DNA of 62,414 bases, counting the filler. It is 11 parts of 11 records of this genome, joined end to end, with 100 filler letters (N's around TTAATTAATTAA, not from the genome) between each part and the next. Parts side by side here need not be neighbours in the genome. Positions count along the whole stretch, not along the records: positions 32,749 to 37,706 come from SRR7504441_8915; positions 37,807 to 44,353 come from SRR7504441_8921; positions 44,454 to 51,179 come from SRR7504441_8926; 8 more parts are not named here. One strand, given 5' to 3'. The notes beneath the pieces are model-generated. The model was given only the letters and a program-made list of their open reading frames with translations, made no database searches and had not been told where the DNA came from. Positions 32,749-48,064 of the stretch are shown in pieces. How positions within the stretch are numbered: position 1 is the stretch's first letter; the number at the start of each line of letters is the position of its first letter. The position numbers were made by a program, and so were the translations under genes.

Positions 32749-35700
32749 CGACTTCCCCGCGGAGAGCTACTGGGGCATCGCCGACCTGTAAGCATCATGC
32801 AGCCCGGGCCCTCTGACCAGCTGGCAGCGCGCCCAGGAGCATCATCCCGTTCAAGGACGGCGCGGCCAAGCACGCCCAGGCCGGCGCGGTGTTGCGGGAC
32901 GATGACCTCCGGCACGGGATCGCCGAGGTCCCAGCTCCCGGCTGGCGGGGTCCAGCCCGTTGGGTCAGGCCATGATCCGGTACCGGGCGCGCCATAGTGC
33001 GATGACGCACCGGATGCTGTGCCAGGAGCTCGGGATCGCGCCGGCGTTCTTTGTAGGTCTGTACGCGGTGCGGACTGTGGCTGGCTCAGCTGACCAGGGG
33101 AGCAGGGATTGCTCTCGGCCAGCGGGTGGCCGGAGGACGATACGGGGGAGCTGACGGTGCTGGAGCAGAGCGGGCAGTTGGGGTTGGTGGCGCATGCGGA
33201 TGGGGTGGTTGCAGAAGGCTTCGTCGCAGATGGGCTGGTAGCCCGACGTTGCAGATACGGCTCTGGGCTCTCAGGCGTGAAACCGTTTGTCGAGGCTGTG
33301 AACTATGTCCGCTGTCTGGAATTACCAAGCCAGGAAGCCTATAAACAGTGGAGCAAGAGCGGCTTACGGCCATCAGACATCCCGTCCGATCCTGCGCTAG
33401 TGTACGGGGGGCATGGCTGGCAGGACTGGGGCCATTGGCTAGGCACGGGCACCGTTTCCAACGCAAATAGAGTATTTCGTCCGTTTGCTCAGGCGGTGAT
33501 GTTCGTTCGGTCGCTCAGGCTGCCGAACGTCTTGGCCTGGAGGGAATATGCCAAGAGTGGCAAAAGGCCCGACGATATTCCATCCAACCCCCAGAAGACG
33601 TACGCAGGGAAGGGCTGGCAGAATATGGTACACTGGCTTGGTAACGGCAAGATTTCAACAGCCAGGGGAGGCTGCATTTCCGCGGAAGCAGCTGCGGTGC
33701 TGCCCCCTGCTAGGCTTCCGCAGGGGCTGCTCATCAACCATGGGGGAGTCCTGGAGCCTGCGAATACGTTGCGCGACCCCGCCCCGGACGATGCACAGCG
33801 CTTCACGGGTGGCGGCTTGGCGGACCAGCTAGCTGCAATGCCTGGGCCTCAACCGGCACATCGCTACGAACATGTACCTCCTCCGAGTGACTGCGAGCCT
33901 GCTGGTTGGCAGGATGTGGTGTATGAGATTCAGCGGCAAGGCGCCACTCACTGGTGGGACACAGAGGCTCTCGCGGGGCTGGCCTCGGGCTCTAGCAGAA
34001 CTCCAAGGCAGGTCCCTCCGCCCAGTCTGCAACACGGCGCCGACGACGGGAATTCCTCTCCTGCTCCTCACCATGCATTGAATGCAATTCCGTCCATCAG
34101 TCCCCGGATCGATACTCCCAGTGGTAACAACATCCAAACCGGTCCGCAGCCTCGCCGGGTGAGTTTCCACCGGCCTGTGGTTGTGCCGCGTCGCCTCCCC
34201 CCGCCGAGTGTGAACCATACTACTGTACCCGACGTTCCTGGTGAGGTAGCACAGTTTATTCAGGATGACGACGAGGAGCGAAATGCGGAGGAGCATTTTA
34301 TTCTGGGCGGCGACGAGGAGCACACTATGGACTACAGCGCTGACATGATGATGATGTCGGGGGTTGAGGTCCTACCACCCGGGCTGCCCTCCTATGTGGA
34401 GATGCAGACGCAGTCAAATGCAAGGCACGAGCGCGCGGTGCAATTCGACTCTCTGAGCAAACTGCCCGTGGTCGATGTGGAGGCCGTCAGGCAAGTCGAG
34501 ATCCGGCTGACTAATTGGATCCGTACACGGGTTGAGCGGGGAGAGCCAGTGTATTTGCGCCAAGTGCGCAACTCGTTCCATAAGCAGCACCGGGCGGCTG
34601 GGGGGACTCCGCAGGGCCTGGGCATGGCGATTCATGAGGCGCTAGTCCTTACAGGCGCCACTGTGACGCAAGGGCCCATGCCTGCTAATTGCAAGCGGAA
34701 GCCTGGATCGAGATTGCCCCGAGCTCCTACGAGCCCAGCCGGGATCCGGGCGGTGGAGGAGCAGATGGTTACCTGGGCGGCCGACAAGGTTACGCGTGGG
34801 CTGCCTGTGACCAGCAAGAAGGTGCGTGACAAATTCCATGTCCAGCACAAGGACGCCGGTGGTACCCCTGAGCAGCTGGCGCAAGCCCTCAAAGACGTGA
34901 TGGCGGCAATTGCTGCCCTGAGCAGCTCTGAGCATGGCAGTTCACCGCTCGCACTTAATGACACACAAAGACAAGATGAGACCTCTGGCCAAGGAGAGCA
35001 AGGACGGACACAGCAGGCTGCTCAAGAGGCAACCGCCGGTGAACAAGAGCAAGGACAGATACAGCAGGTTCCTGAGAGGACGCGAGCCTCCAAGGGTCGT
35101 CTCCCCCCAGCTCGACCGTTTGCTGAGGCACTCACGTTCGCCCGTGCGCTCGGGCTGAAGGGCCAAAGAGCATGGACGCAGTGGTGCGCGAGTGGGGCCA
35201 GGCCAGCCGACATTCGATCCAACCCCCAGAAGACGTATGCCGGGAAGGGCTGGCAGGGCTGGAGCCACTGGTTAGGCAACGGTGTAGTGACACCCTCTGT
35301 CTGTACAACGGGCAGCGCTCTCATGGAAAGGAGCAGAGCAGATTTGCGTACATGGCAACCTCCATCGGGCCTGCCGGCAGCAGCAGTGATAGTGATGCCA
35401 GTGGGATCAGTCGTTGCCTCGAGAAAATCTGCGTTTAGTGTCGACAAAAGTACTGCCGACGAAACAAGGGACAGCAGGGGCAAGGGGGGCAGGGCCTATA
35501 GTACCGACCACAGACAGGCCGTTGAGTCCGTGAGCCTCCAGGCGCTGAAACAGAAAATGGACCTGCCAATCGCTGAGGCTGCCAAGTACTTTGGCATCCC
35601 CCTCCGTTGCTTTCAGAGGGTAGTCTGCCGAAAACACGGGATCCAGCGGTGGCCCTTTCGGCACAAAAGGAAAAAACAGGCGGCGGCCTTTCCAGTGCAA

Positions 35701-36012
35701 GAGGAATTTGTGGTGGAGAGGATTCTGGCCGAACGGGAGGCTAAGTCGGGTGGCAACGAATACTTGGTCGAGTGGGCAGGCTACGATACCGATGAAAACA
35801 GCTGGGAGCCCGAAGAGTCGATCGAGGATACGGCTGCGCTCGACGACTGGCTCGAGCAGCAGAAGGACAACCAGTGTTTGGTGGAGAGGACGAACGGGCT
35901 TCAGCAACCAGCCAGGGCACGTGAAGAGAAACGGGATAGAACAAACAAGCTGAAACGCAAGCGCGTATCAGAAAATGAAGACGGCGGGAGTACGAGCGAT
36001 AAAGGTCAATAG
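32749..36012 (+). CDS. Multidomain chromatin protein: (PWWP-like tail) + 3 phage-integrase repeat units + RWP-RK + chromodomain, 5' truncated
   Basis: Three short introns join 32750 in frame to ORF 33109; repeats (K/R)PF..A....L.L....W..SG.RP.DI.S.P...Y.G.GW....HWLG; VSLQALKQKMDLPIAEAAKYFGI...CRKHGIQRWPFR; EFVVERIL...EYLVEWAGYDTDENSWEPEESI. Confidence 0.85.
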
Positions 36013-36129
36013 TGCTTACGGCGATTTGGTAATCACATGACTTGCAATTGTAATCAAGACAAATTATACACGCACGTGGATATCACCACCCGTGGCTGGA
36101 TCTTAGCTGCATGCAGCCGTGGTTTTAAA

Positions 36130-37320
36130 TCAATCTACTAAAACCTGGTTCACGATCGCCTCGAACTCGTCGATATTCGAGCTCCCAACCAACGCACACC
36201 GCAACTGCTGGCTAGTATACGGTCCTAAATACTCGAACACGCATCGGTGACCTTTGCCGCTCCGACCGAGCATCCACATTATGTGTCCCCGAACCCAACT
36301 CACGTCCGGAGGAGGCCATTCCCGGGCCAGCGCCAGATACTCGAGGGCCACAGCCCTAATCTCAGCAACAGACGGCTCCTCGTCGTCCTTGCATTGCTCA
36401 AACAATAACGGATTGACTAAGACCCCCTCCCCTGACATCAGCCCAGCGGCCCCTGTATACGCTAGGTTGTACGGCACGTCGGCTCTGTAGCTCGTATTCC
36501 CGTTAGTCATCACTGGAATCCTCACGCCGGCCACCACCGCAGCGACTGCGTCCAAGTCTGCCGCCCCAGCCCGCTGCTTCCGCCGCTCTGGCGGGGGCCG
36601 CCTCCTGCCATGGACGGCGAGCGCCGAACAACCTGAGCGTTCGAGCATTCTGCAGAACTGGATCGTGTCCCGCTCCGAGTCGAGCAGCCGAATCTTACAA
36701 AACACTGGCAGCTCGATCCGGGCGGCCACAGCGGCCACTATCTCGGCCACTCGGGTCCAGTGCTCCCTCTCGAGGAGATATGCACCGAACAAACCCTCCT
36801 GCGCCTGCGGCAGAGGACAGCCCAAGTTTAGGTCAACCGCGTCGCAGAGCGGCGCAACCAGCGCGGCCGCATCCGCCACTAGAGCGGCATCGTTGCCGCA
36901 CAGCTGGACCACCAGCGGCCGGTCTGCCGGGCAGCTCTGGAGCCGGTCCCGCCGATAGGCTGGGTCCCGGACTAGCCGGTCGCTGAACAGCATCTCCGTG
37001 TAGCAGAGATCGGCCCCGTGGCGCCGGCAGAGCAGCCGAAAAGCCAGGTCAGACGCCCCGACCATCGGTCCCACCACCCGACCTATCCGGAAGTCCACTC
37101 GGCGCGCGTGCGGGCGCAGCCTCTTGGCTGGGCGAAGCGGCTCCTGCTCCGCCGGGGGGCTGGGGGCAGCATAGTCCGGGCTGTCGCCGCCATCATACGC
37201 TGGACTTTCGCGGCCAGTATAGTTTGGGCTGTGGCCATCGCGGCCAGTATAGTCTGGGCTGTCGCCGCCAGCAGAGTCCGGGCTGGAAGCAGCATAGGCC
37301 GTGCCAGCAGCGGGCAGCAT
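36130..37320 (-). CDS. DUS1: tRNA-dihydrouridine synthase (DUS1-like)
   Basis: PMVGASDLAFRLLCRRHGADLCYTEM; DRPLVVQLCGND; DAVDLNLGCP; PVFCKIR; LAVHGR; IPVMTNGN. Confidence 0.92.
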   Translation of the reverse strand: MLPAAGTAYAASSPDSAGGDSPDYTGRDGHSPNYTGRESPAYDGGDSPDYAAPSPPAEQEPLRPAKRLRPHARRVDFRIGRVVGPMVGASDLAFRLLCRRHGADLCYTEMLFSDRLVRDPAYRRDRLQSCPADRPLVVQLCGNDAALVADAAALVAPLCDAVDLNLGCPLPQAQEGLFGAYLLEREHWTRVAEIVAAVAARIELPVFCKIRLLDSERDTIQFCRMLERSGCSALAVHGRRRPPPERRKQRAGAADLDAVAAVVAGVRIPVMTNGNTSYRADVPYNLAYTGAAGLMSGEGVLVNPLLFEQCKDDEEPSVAEIRAVALEYLALAREWPPPDVSWVRGHIMWMLGRSGKGHRCVFEYLGPYTSQQLRCALVGSSNIDEFEAIVNQVLVD

Positions 37321-37365
37321 GGCTCCGAATATAAAAAAAATTGCCGCGGATTTCGATTCATCAAC

Positions 37366-37706
37366 ATGGCCACCGGGACTTGGGCCGTGCTGGGTGGGAT
37401 TCTGCTGTGCACCGCCGGGCTTACGCACCGGCTCCCGTGGTCGACCGGGCTGGAGGAGACGGAGAGGCTCACCCGGGCCTTCATGACGGGGATGTGGGCC
37501 GGCGCGGACCCTGACACCTGCGACCCGCTCTCCCTGACCACCGGCCAGATCCTGGCCCAGTGCCGGGTGCCGCGGGTCAGCGAGGGAGTGGACGTGGTGG
37601 TCTTCCTGGTCTACAGCGCGGCGCTCTTCATGATCAACTGGGGAGTCCGGATTGCGCTGGTGCAGCCGGTGGCGGCCGTCATGCTTAAGGCCGGCGCCAT
37701 CTCCAC
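37366..37706 (+). CDS. Membrane protein N-terminus, possibly ceramide synthase (LAG1/TLC family), 3' truncated
   Basis: ATG 37366; DVVVFLVYSAALFMINWGVRIALVQPVA resembles the helix preceding TLC domains; catalytic motif not in window. Confidence 0.45.
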
Positions 37707-37806
37707 NNNNNNNNNNNNNNNNNNNNNNNNNNNNNNNNNNNNNNNNNNNNTTAATTAATTAANNNNNNNNNNNNNNNNNNNNNNNNNNNNNNNNNNNNNN
37801 NNNNNN
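37707..37806. other. Artificial contig linker
   Basis: N-run with TTAATTAATTAA. Confidence 0.99.
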
Positions 37807-40133
<2,327 letters not shown>

Positions 40134-40413
40134 GGATAATGTCCTCTTGTAAGCTTATATCATTATATAAGATATCTCGAAGCTTGGTATGGGTGCGTCA
40201 TACGTAGATACGACGTCATCATACGAATAGATCAGATCTAGTCAATCATACGTAGATACTATATAGTACTACGTCATCATACCAGGGCAGCTACATGCTA
40301 GCTACATGCTACATGACATTGTACAGCTTATTACCTGGTTCGTACTTGGTAGAGCTTTTGCCGGCCGCTTTTACGGGAGCAGTGTTAACCCCGGGTCCCC
40401 GGCGCTGGGTGGG

Positions 40414-42470
<2,057 letters not shown>

Positions 42471-42631
42471 CGAGCATGATGGTGTGTTTGCCCAATGTTT
42501 CCCCCAAGTTTTCATACATGTATAAAAGATGTGATTACATTAATTTCATTATAACTTCATGATTTATCGCGACTCGTTGAACTTGTTCGAGAGCTGCAGC
42601 TTTTAGTTGATCACATTAAAGTTTTACTCCT

Positions 42632-44201
42632 TCAGGTGGAGTAGCGATGCTTTATGCATGCCTGTAGCCACTCGACCACCACCTTGTCGAGATACGACGG
42701 CTGCCAGACGGCTGGACCTAGAAAGGTGTGGTGACCGCCAGTGTGGTGTGATGCCAGGGCGATGTTCGGGTTGGGCTGGGCTCTTGTCTGTCGGCTGGAA
42801 GGCCTCTGGTCCACAAACAGCCGGTGTTCGGGCATCTCAATGAAGCTCTCCTTGGGCTGACCAAAATGATGATGTGCCTCGGCAACGTGATTGGCGTCCA
42901 CAACTGTCCCGACATTCAGCTTAGCCAGGCCTCAGGCACTCACTTGGGTCATTCTCGCCGTAAAAGAAAAGTGTAGGCACAGCCACTTTACCCAGCACGT
43001 CGGCGCGGTTGGGCGAGGCGGCAAGCAGGTAGTCATCCAGGTCGGTCCAGGAGGGCTCGGCCTGCAGATGCAGATCCACATTAGCGTAGATTTGCCTAAA
43101 GCTCCGCTGGGCCGGGAGGAGCCGCTCGACGTCGATCCCTGCCTGCTCTCTGAGCAGCTGCTTGTTCGGGAGCAGCACTGTGTCCACCATCGACCTGCGC
43201 AGGATCCCGTCGAGCAGCCTGGCCTGGTTCTGCAGGTAGAGCGACGTAGCCACCGCCGAGAACGGGTTACCGCAGCAGCACGCTCCGAGCAACTGTGACG
43301 GGGTCGATCCGGCTCTGTGCCCAAGAAAGTTGGTTAAGATCATGCCCCCGAGAGAGAAGCCCACGGCTAGCAGCGGGGCGGTCGGGTAGCGTTCGCACAC
43401 CGTCCGCAGCGCCAGCTCCGAGTCTTGCACTCCAATGTAGCTCTGCACCCTCGGGGAGCTCAGCTTGTTTTCGCCACAGCCTCGGCGCACATACACACAG
43501 CAGCGCATTCGGTCAGCTTCCGGCAGAGCACTAGTCAGCAGCTTGATCAAACCCGCCATGTACCAGGGAGCCGACCCCTCACCGCCCGCCCCCTGCTTCG
43601 GACCGCAGCCACCGACGTTGCCCGGGAAAATTACTACGATTGGAGTCTCGGGCGGGGCCGGCTGCTCGGGGTGAAACCACTCTAGCCGCAGTGTGCCCCC
43701 GTCGGGCGTGGCCACTGGCTGGACGGCCTCGGGCGGGTGCCAGGCCTTTGCGAAGTTCCAGCTGGCTCGGCAGCCGCGGATCACCCCGCCCAGCGCTGTG
43801 TGCATCAGGCCACCCCACCAGCCGTAACTCCACAGCGGGAAAGGAACGAACACCCTCCCCAGGGCCGGGCAGTCGGCCAGCCGCCGCTCGCAGTTCGAGC
43901 CTCTGCAGAAGCGCAGCTCCGGCGCCCGCAGGTTGTACATGTAGAGCAGCAGGCTGATCGGTGGCAGAAGCAGCCCAATCCTGCCCCGCCGGAGCACCAT
44001 GGCGATCAGCACGAAGTTGCGCACTACCCAGACGACAGAGGCGAGCGCCAGCACCCGCAGGCTTGTGGTAGTAGAGCTATGGGGCACCAGCCGGGAGATA
44101 ATGTAATCTTGGCGGGCGATCAGCACCAAAAGCCCGAGCAGCACCGGGTTGGCCCCCGCGCTGAGCACGTACTGTCGTGCGCTGAGCAGTGACTGCAGCA
44201 T
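42632..44201 (-). CDS. Alpha/beta hydrolase, ABHD1-3/YheT/Eht1 family
   Basis: GLMHTAL; TPDGGTLRLEW; RRGCG; nucleophile GFSLGG; ENDP; TGGHHTFL; N-terminal TM helices; one intron near 42930. Confidence 0.88.
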
Positions 44202-44353
44202 TGTGCTCTGTTGTGAGGCCCTCCACAGACACCGCTGTCCGGCTGTGATCACACCGGACAGCGTGCTCTGCGTCGGTCTTCACAGGTTACATCGGCGCTA
44301 CACCGTAGCGCTAGAATACTGTCGTCTTGCTGTTATTTCGTTAATGCAGCTTG

Positions 44354-44453
44354 NNNNNNNNNNNNNNNNNNNNNNNNNNNNNNNNNNNNNNNNNNNNTTA
44401 ATTAATTAANNNNNNNNNNNNNNNNNNNNNNNNNNNNNNNNNNNNNNNNNNNN
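44354..44453. other. Artificial contig linker
   Basis: N-run with TTAATTAATTAA. Confidence 0.99.
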
Positions 44454-44474
44454 TTGAGTAATAATAAATAATAA

Positions 44475-47468
44475 ATGAGAGAGCGAGCTCGGCAACGGAA
44501 AAGGACCAAGCTTGAGGCAACTACCGGTCAGCGGGAGGGTGTCGAGATGGTCGTGACCCAGATTGCCGAGGCGGTGGCCTCGCTGGCGGGGTTCCTACTG
44601 GCCTCGTTCGAGTTCTTTGCCGGGTTCTTCGGGATCTTCTTCGTGGTGCTCCTGTGGGGCACCACCGAGAACTGGAAGTGGCACTCGCACAAGAGCTACG
44701 AAAACGTGCCCGCCCGCCCCCGGGCCGGGTGACCAGGCTGGCAGGCGTTCTGGGGGGTGGTGAGCCTGTGGGCAACCATCACGCTGGTGGTGCGCTGCCA
44801 CGGCAGTGAGTACTTTCCGGACTCAATAGCGTTCAACCTGGTGCTGATCCTGACCGCCCCCACTGTAGTGATGGTATGGCACCGGCACACCCAGAAGAAA
44901 GGGATGACCCCGCTCGGAGGGGACGCGCGGGACCTGATGCTCCGGCGCCGGAGGGTCACTCTCCGCCGGTCGCTATCCTTCGCCCAGCTGGATCTGAACT
45001 CTTCAGAGGCCAAGAAGGCCATGTGCGAGGAACTGGCCAGCCTGGTCAAAGACCTAGACTATGGGCACATGGCGCTCCGGACTGTGCGCTCCAACACTAT
45101 ACAGGCCAAGCAGAAGCAGATCTACAAGATCCTGTACGCTGCCTCGCGCGACGAGCTCAATTTCCTGCTTTGCGGGTCGGAGGTCAATTTCGCAATGATG
45201 TTCCTCAATGTGAAAGACTACGAAGTGTTTGATTTCCCGCTCCGACGATCAAAGTCCGGACTGTTCACCCGGATGCAGGGCTCGATCTCGCCCACCGGTC
45301 GGATACAAAGCGCTCCGCTCGACGGATACATGTCCGACTCGTCAGAGGGCAGCGACCCGCAGGAGCCTGAGCAGGCCAGCCCACAGGAGCAGCTGGGTGC
45401 CCGGACTAAGGTGCTCAAGCTGCTGTGCGAGGACAGGCTGGACGAGCTGGACACTGACAGCAAGGTGCGCGCCCGCAGCCTGGACCGCGAGCCAGCGCAG
45501 GTGGTACTGATCGACGCGCTGATGAAGCTAGGACTGCAGGCCTCGCGCCCTGGCCAGCGGGCGACTGATAGGGTCAGCAGGCGCATAAGATGAACGAGCA
45601 GTGGTTGTGGGCGATTGTGCGGTCCACGGAGGCAGGCGAGCTGATGAGACTTAAGAATCTGATGGACAGCAAAGGTGCTGCCTGGGCCTGTGACACACCG
45701 ACAGCTGGGCAGGCACTTACCACACGCTGTGCAAGCTAGTGTACACAGATATCCACAACAACCGGGTGAAGGACATGGTGCTTGCGCACATCGAGCGCGA
45801 AGGCGCGGTGCTGCGGCAGCGCAACCTGTGGAGAGCAATGTCCGAGGTGCTGCGCAGGCGGAGCCTTTTCCCTCAGGACTGGCTGGTCGAGGGGGTGGAG
45901 GTTGGCTTCTTGGAAACTGAGCCGGTGGTCGGAATCGCCCGCAGCCTGTGCTCGAATCGCAACTTGCGTGGGACGTTATTAGCTCCGATCAAGATCCTGT
46001 CAGACCTCGACGATACGCTGTATTGCTCCGGCGGAGACGGTATAGGCGGGGTGGACCACCGGTTGGGCAAGCACGAGCTGTACCCCGGGGTGCTGGCTTT
46101 TCTGTCGGCGGTGGACAATGGGCCTATGCTAGGCGCCGGGATCGCTAAGCCGAGCGTGGGCAATTTGGTGTTCCTGTCAGCGAGGCCGCACATATACAAG
46201 AATGTGACAGAGACGTACTCGTATAAGTTATTCGACGCGCTGCAGAGAGAGCGCGGGCTGCACTGCACACCCACCTTGCTCCCTGGAGAGCTCAGGCGCT
46301 CTGGGTTCTGGAGCTGGGCTGATAGCTGTGGGCAGGTCTTCGCTGACGAACATTGGAATTGCGGAGAAGAAGATAGACAACTTCACTCGGTGCAGCCCGC
46401 CGGGTCTAGAGCTCACGGCGCGGCAGGTATCGCAAGCTGTACCCAGAGTACAATTTCGTCTTCATAGGTGACAACGGGCAAGGCGATGTGGTGGCCGGAG
46501 CAGCGATGCTCAAGCAAGATCGAGGCTGCTTGGCAGTGTTCATTCATTTAGTCCAGCCCATCGAGGCCACCCCCGGCTACTCGGCCCAGGAGTGTGAAGA
46601 GTGGGACACGCTCGGGATCCGATTCTTCAAAAACTATGCAGACGCTGCCTTCCAGGCGTATCAGATAGGGCTGATTGCGCGCACGTCGCTGCAGCAAGTC
46701 GCGGACCTGACAGTGACAGGATTCGGAGGACTGCCTGCCCCGAGCGGCATGAAGCAGACCTCGCTGAGAGGGATGATGCGCAGTCAGATTGAGGAGGCCG
46801 TTGAGCTGATTCGGCCGCTGGTCTCGCCGCAATGGGAGCCAGCGCTACCACCACCGGCGGATCAGCCCGAGCCCCGGAGTTCTGAGCTTGATCTGATAAG
46901 CCCTAGAGATCGGTCTACCACTTGGGCCTCGGCGCACACAGGCATGCCAGAGGATGGCGCCGGGATCGCGAGGGTGGAAATGCTGGAGGAGATGGAGGAG
47001 ATCATCGAGGAGCTCAAGGACGCGAACGCCGCGCTCGAGACAAAGTTGGAGCTGCAGCTGGAGACGATGCGGGCGGAGGTGCAGGCGGTGCAGGAGGATT
47101 TTAAGGTCCGGCTGGAGCAACTAGAGAACAGCTCAGCAGAGCAGCTGCTGCTGCTGCAGACGCAGCTGCAGGCCAGGGAGGCTGAGGAGGCCAAGATGCT
47201 TGCCTCTTACCGCAGGTGCTGGCTGGGTGCTACGGCTGGACTGACTGTGGCGTGCAGGCTGCTAGTGTGTGTGGTGGCGGTAGTGATGCTTCACTTGGGG
47301 CGTGATATCTTGGAAGCGTTCCTGGGCTGGCGAGACTCGGCCTGGGTGGCGGGTATGGTCGGATCTTTGCTGGTGTGGATTCACTGGATTACGACCTCAT
47401 TACTCAGTGTATTGATGCTCGTGCTAGAGTCTGTATACTCGCATTTATATGAGGGGTCAAACGTATAG
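44475..47468 (+). CDS. Membrane protein with App1-like (HAD, DUF2183-type) phosphatase domain and coiled coil, multi-exon
   Basis: KILSDLDDTL (DxDxT), YPGV, LVFLSARP, FVFIGDNGQGD; TM helices at both ends; coiled coil about 46980-47200. Confidence 0.75.
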
Positions 47469-48064
47469 CCATAAATGATCACGAGTTAATCACGAGTACA
47501 TGTACATGATTACAATGATTACTCATGTCGCCCAAATGTCGCCCTAATGTCGACCCGGACCGGCTTGTAATAATCAATGTTCAGGATTGTTACTCCTACT
47601 CCTTGTGTGGCTTACTCCTACTCCTAACTAGTGCACAATTATGCTGGTAGAACCGAAATCTGAAAGTAACGCTTAGGGACCATTCATGAACGATTCAAAG
47701 CGGAGGAGACAGACTAAGTGCATGCACACGCCTGGGCCAAGCCTCTGGGCACCGCACGACTTTAAAGCATGACTCACACAAAGACTGCAAACCGCCAGCA
47801 AAGGTCAGTGCCACAGACCTGTCATGATACTGTCATAATTATGTGTGTTCCGAGCGCGCAACCCATCTGGGGCAGTTGGCTGTTCTATTTTGACAGCCAG
47901 CTTGCACTCGATGAGTCACGAGCTCAGCTGCACAACGCAGAGCTAGGCACACAGAGTGGTTCAATCAATGCCACAAGGCCAGCAGAAGGCCGACCAGGCG
48001 GCGAGGCTGCTATTCCTCGCCACACTAGTATATACACCGCTATGTACAATCAGCCAAAGATCAT

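Noticed and set aside
33277-35283. Prophage or integrase-bearing mobile element
   Set aside because: Only the repeat unit is present; no recombinase catalytic domain or terminal repeats, and the gene has spliceosomal introns
35700-35850. Chromovirus retrotransposon remnant
   Set aside because: No reverse transcriptase, RNase H, integrase core or LTR nearby
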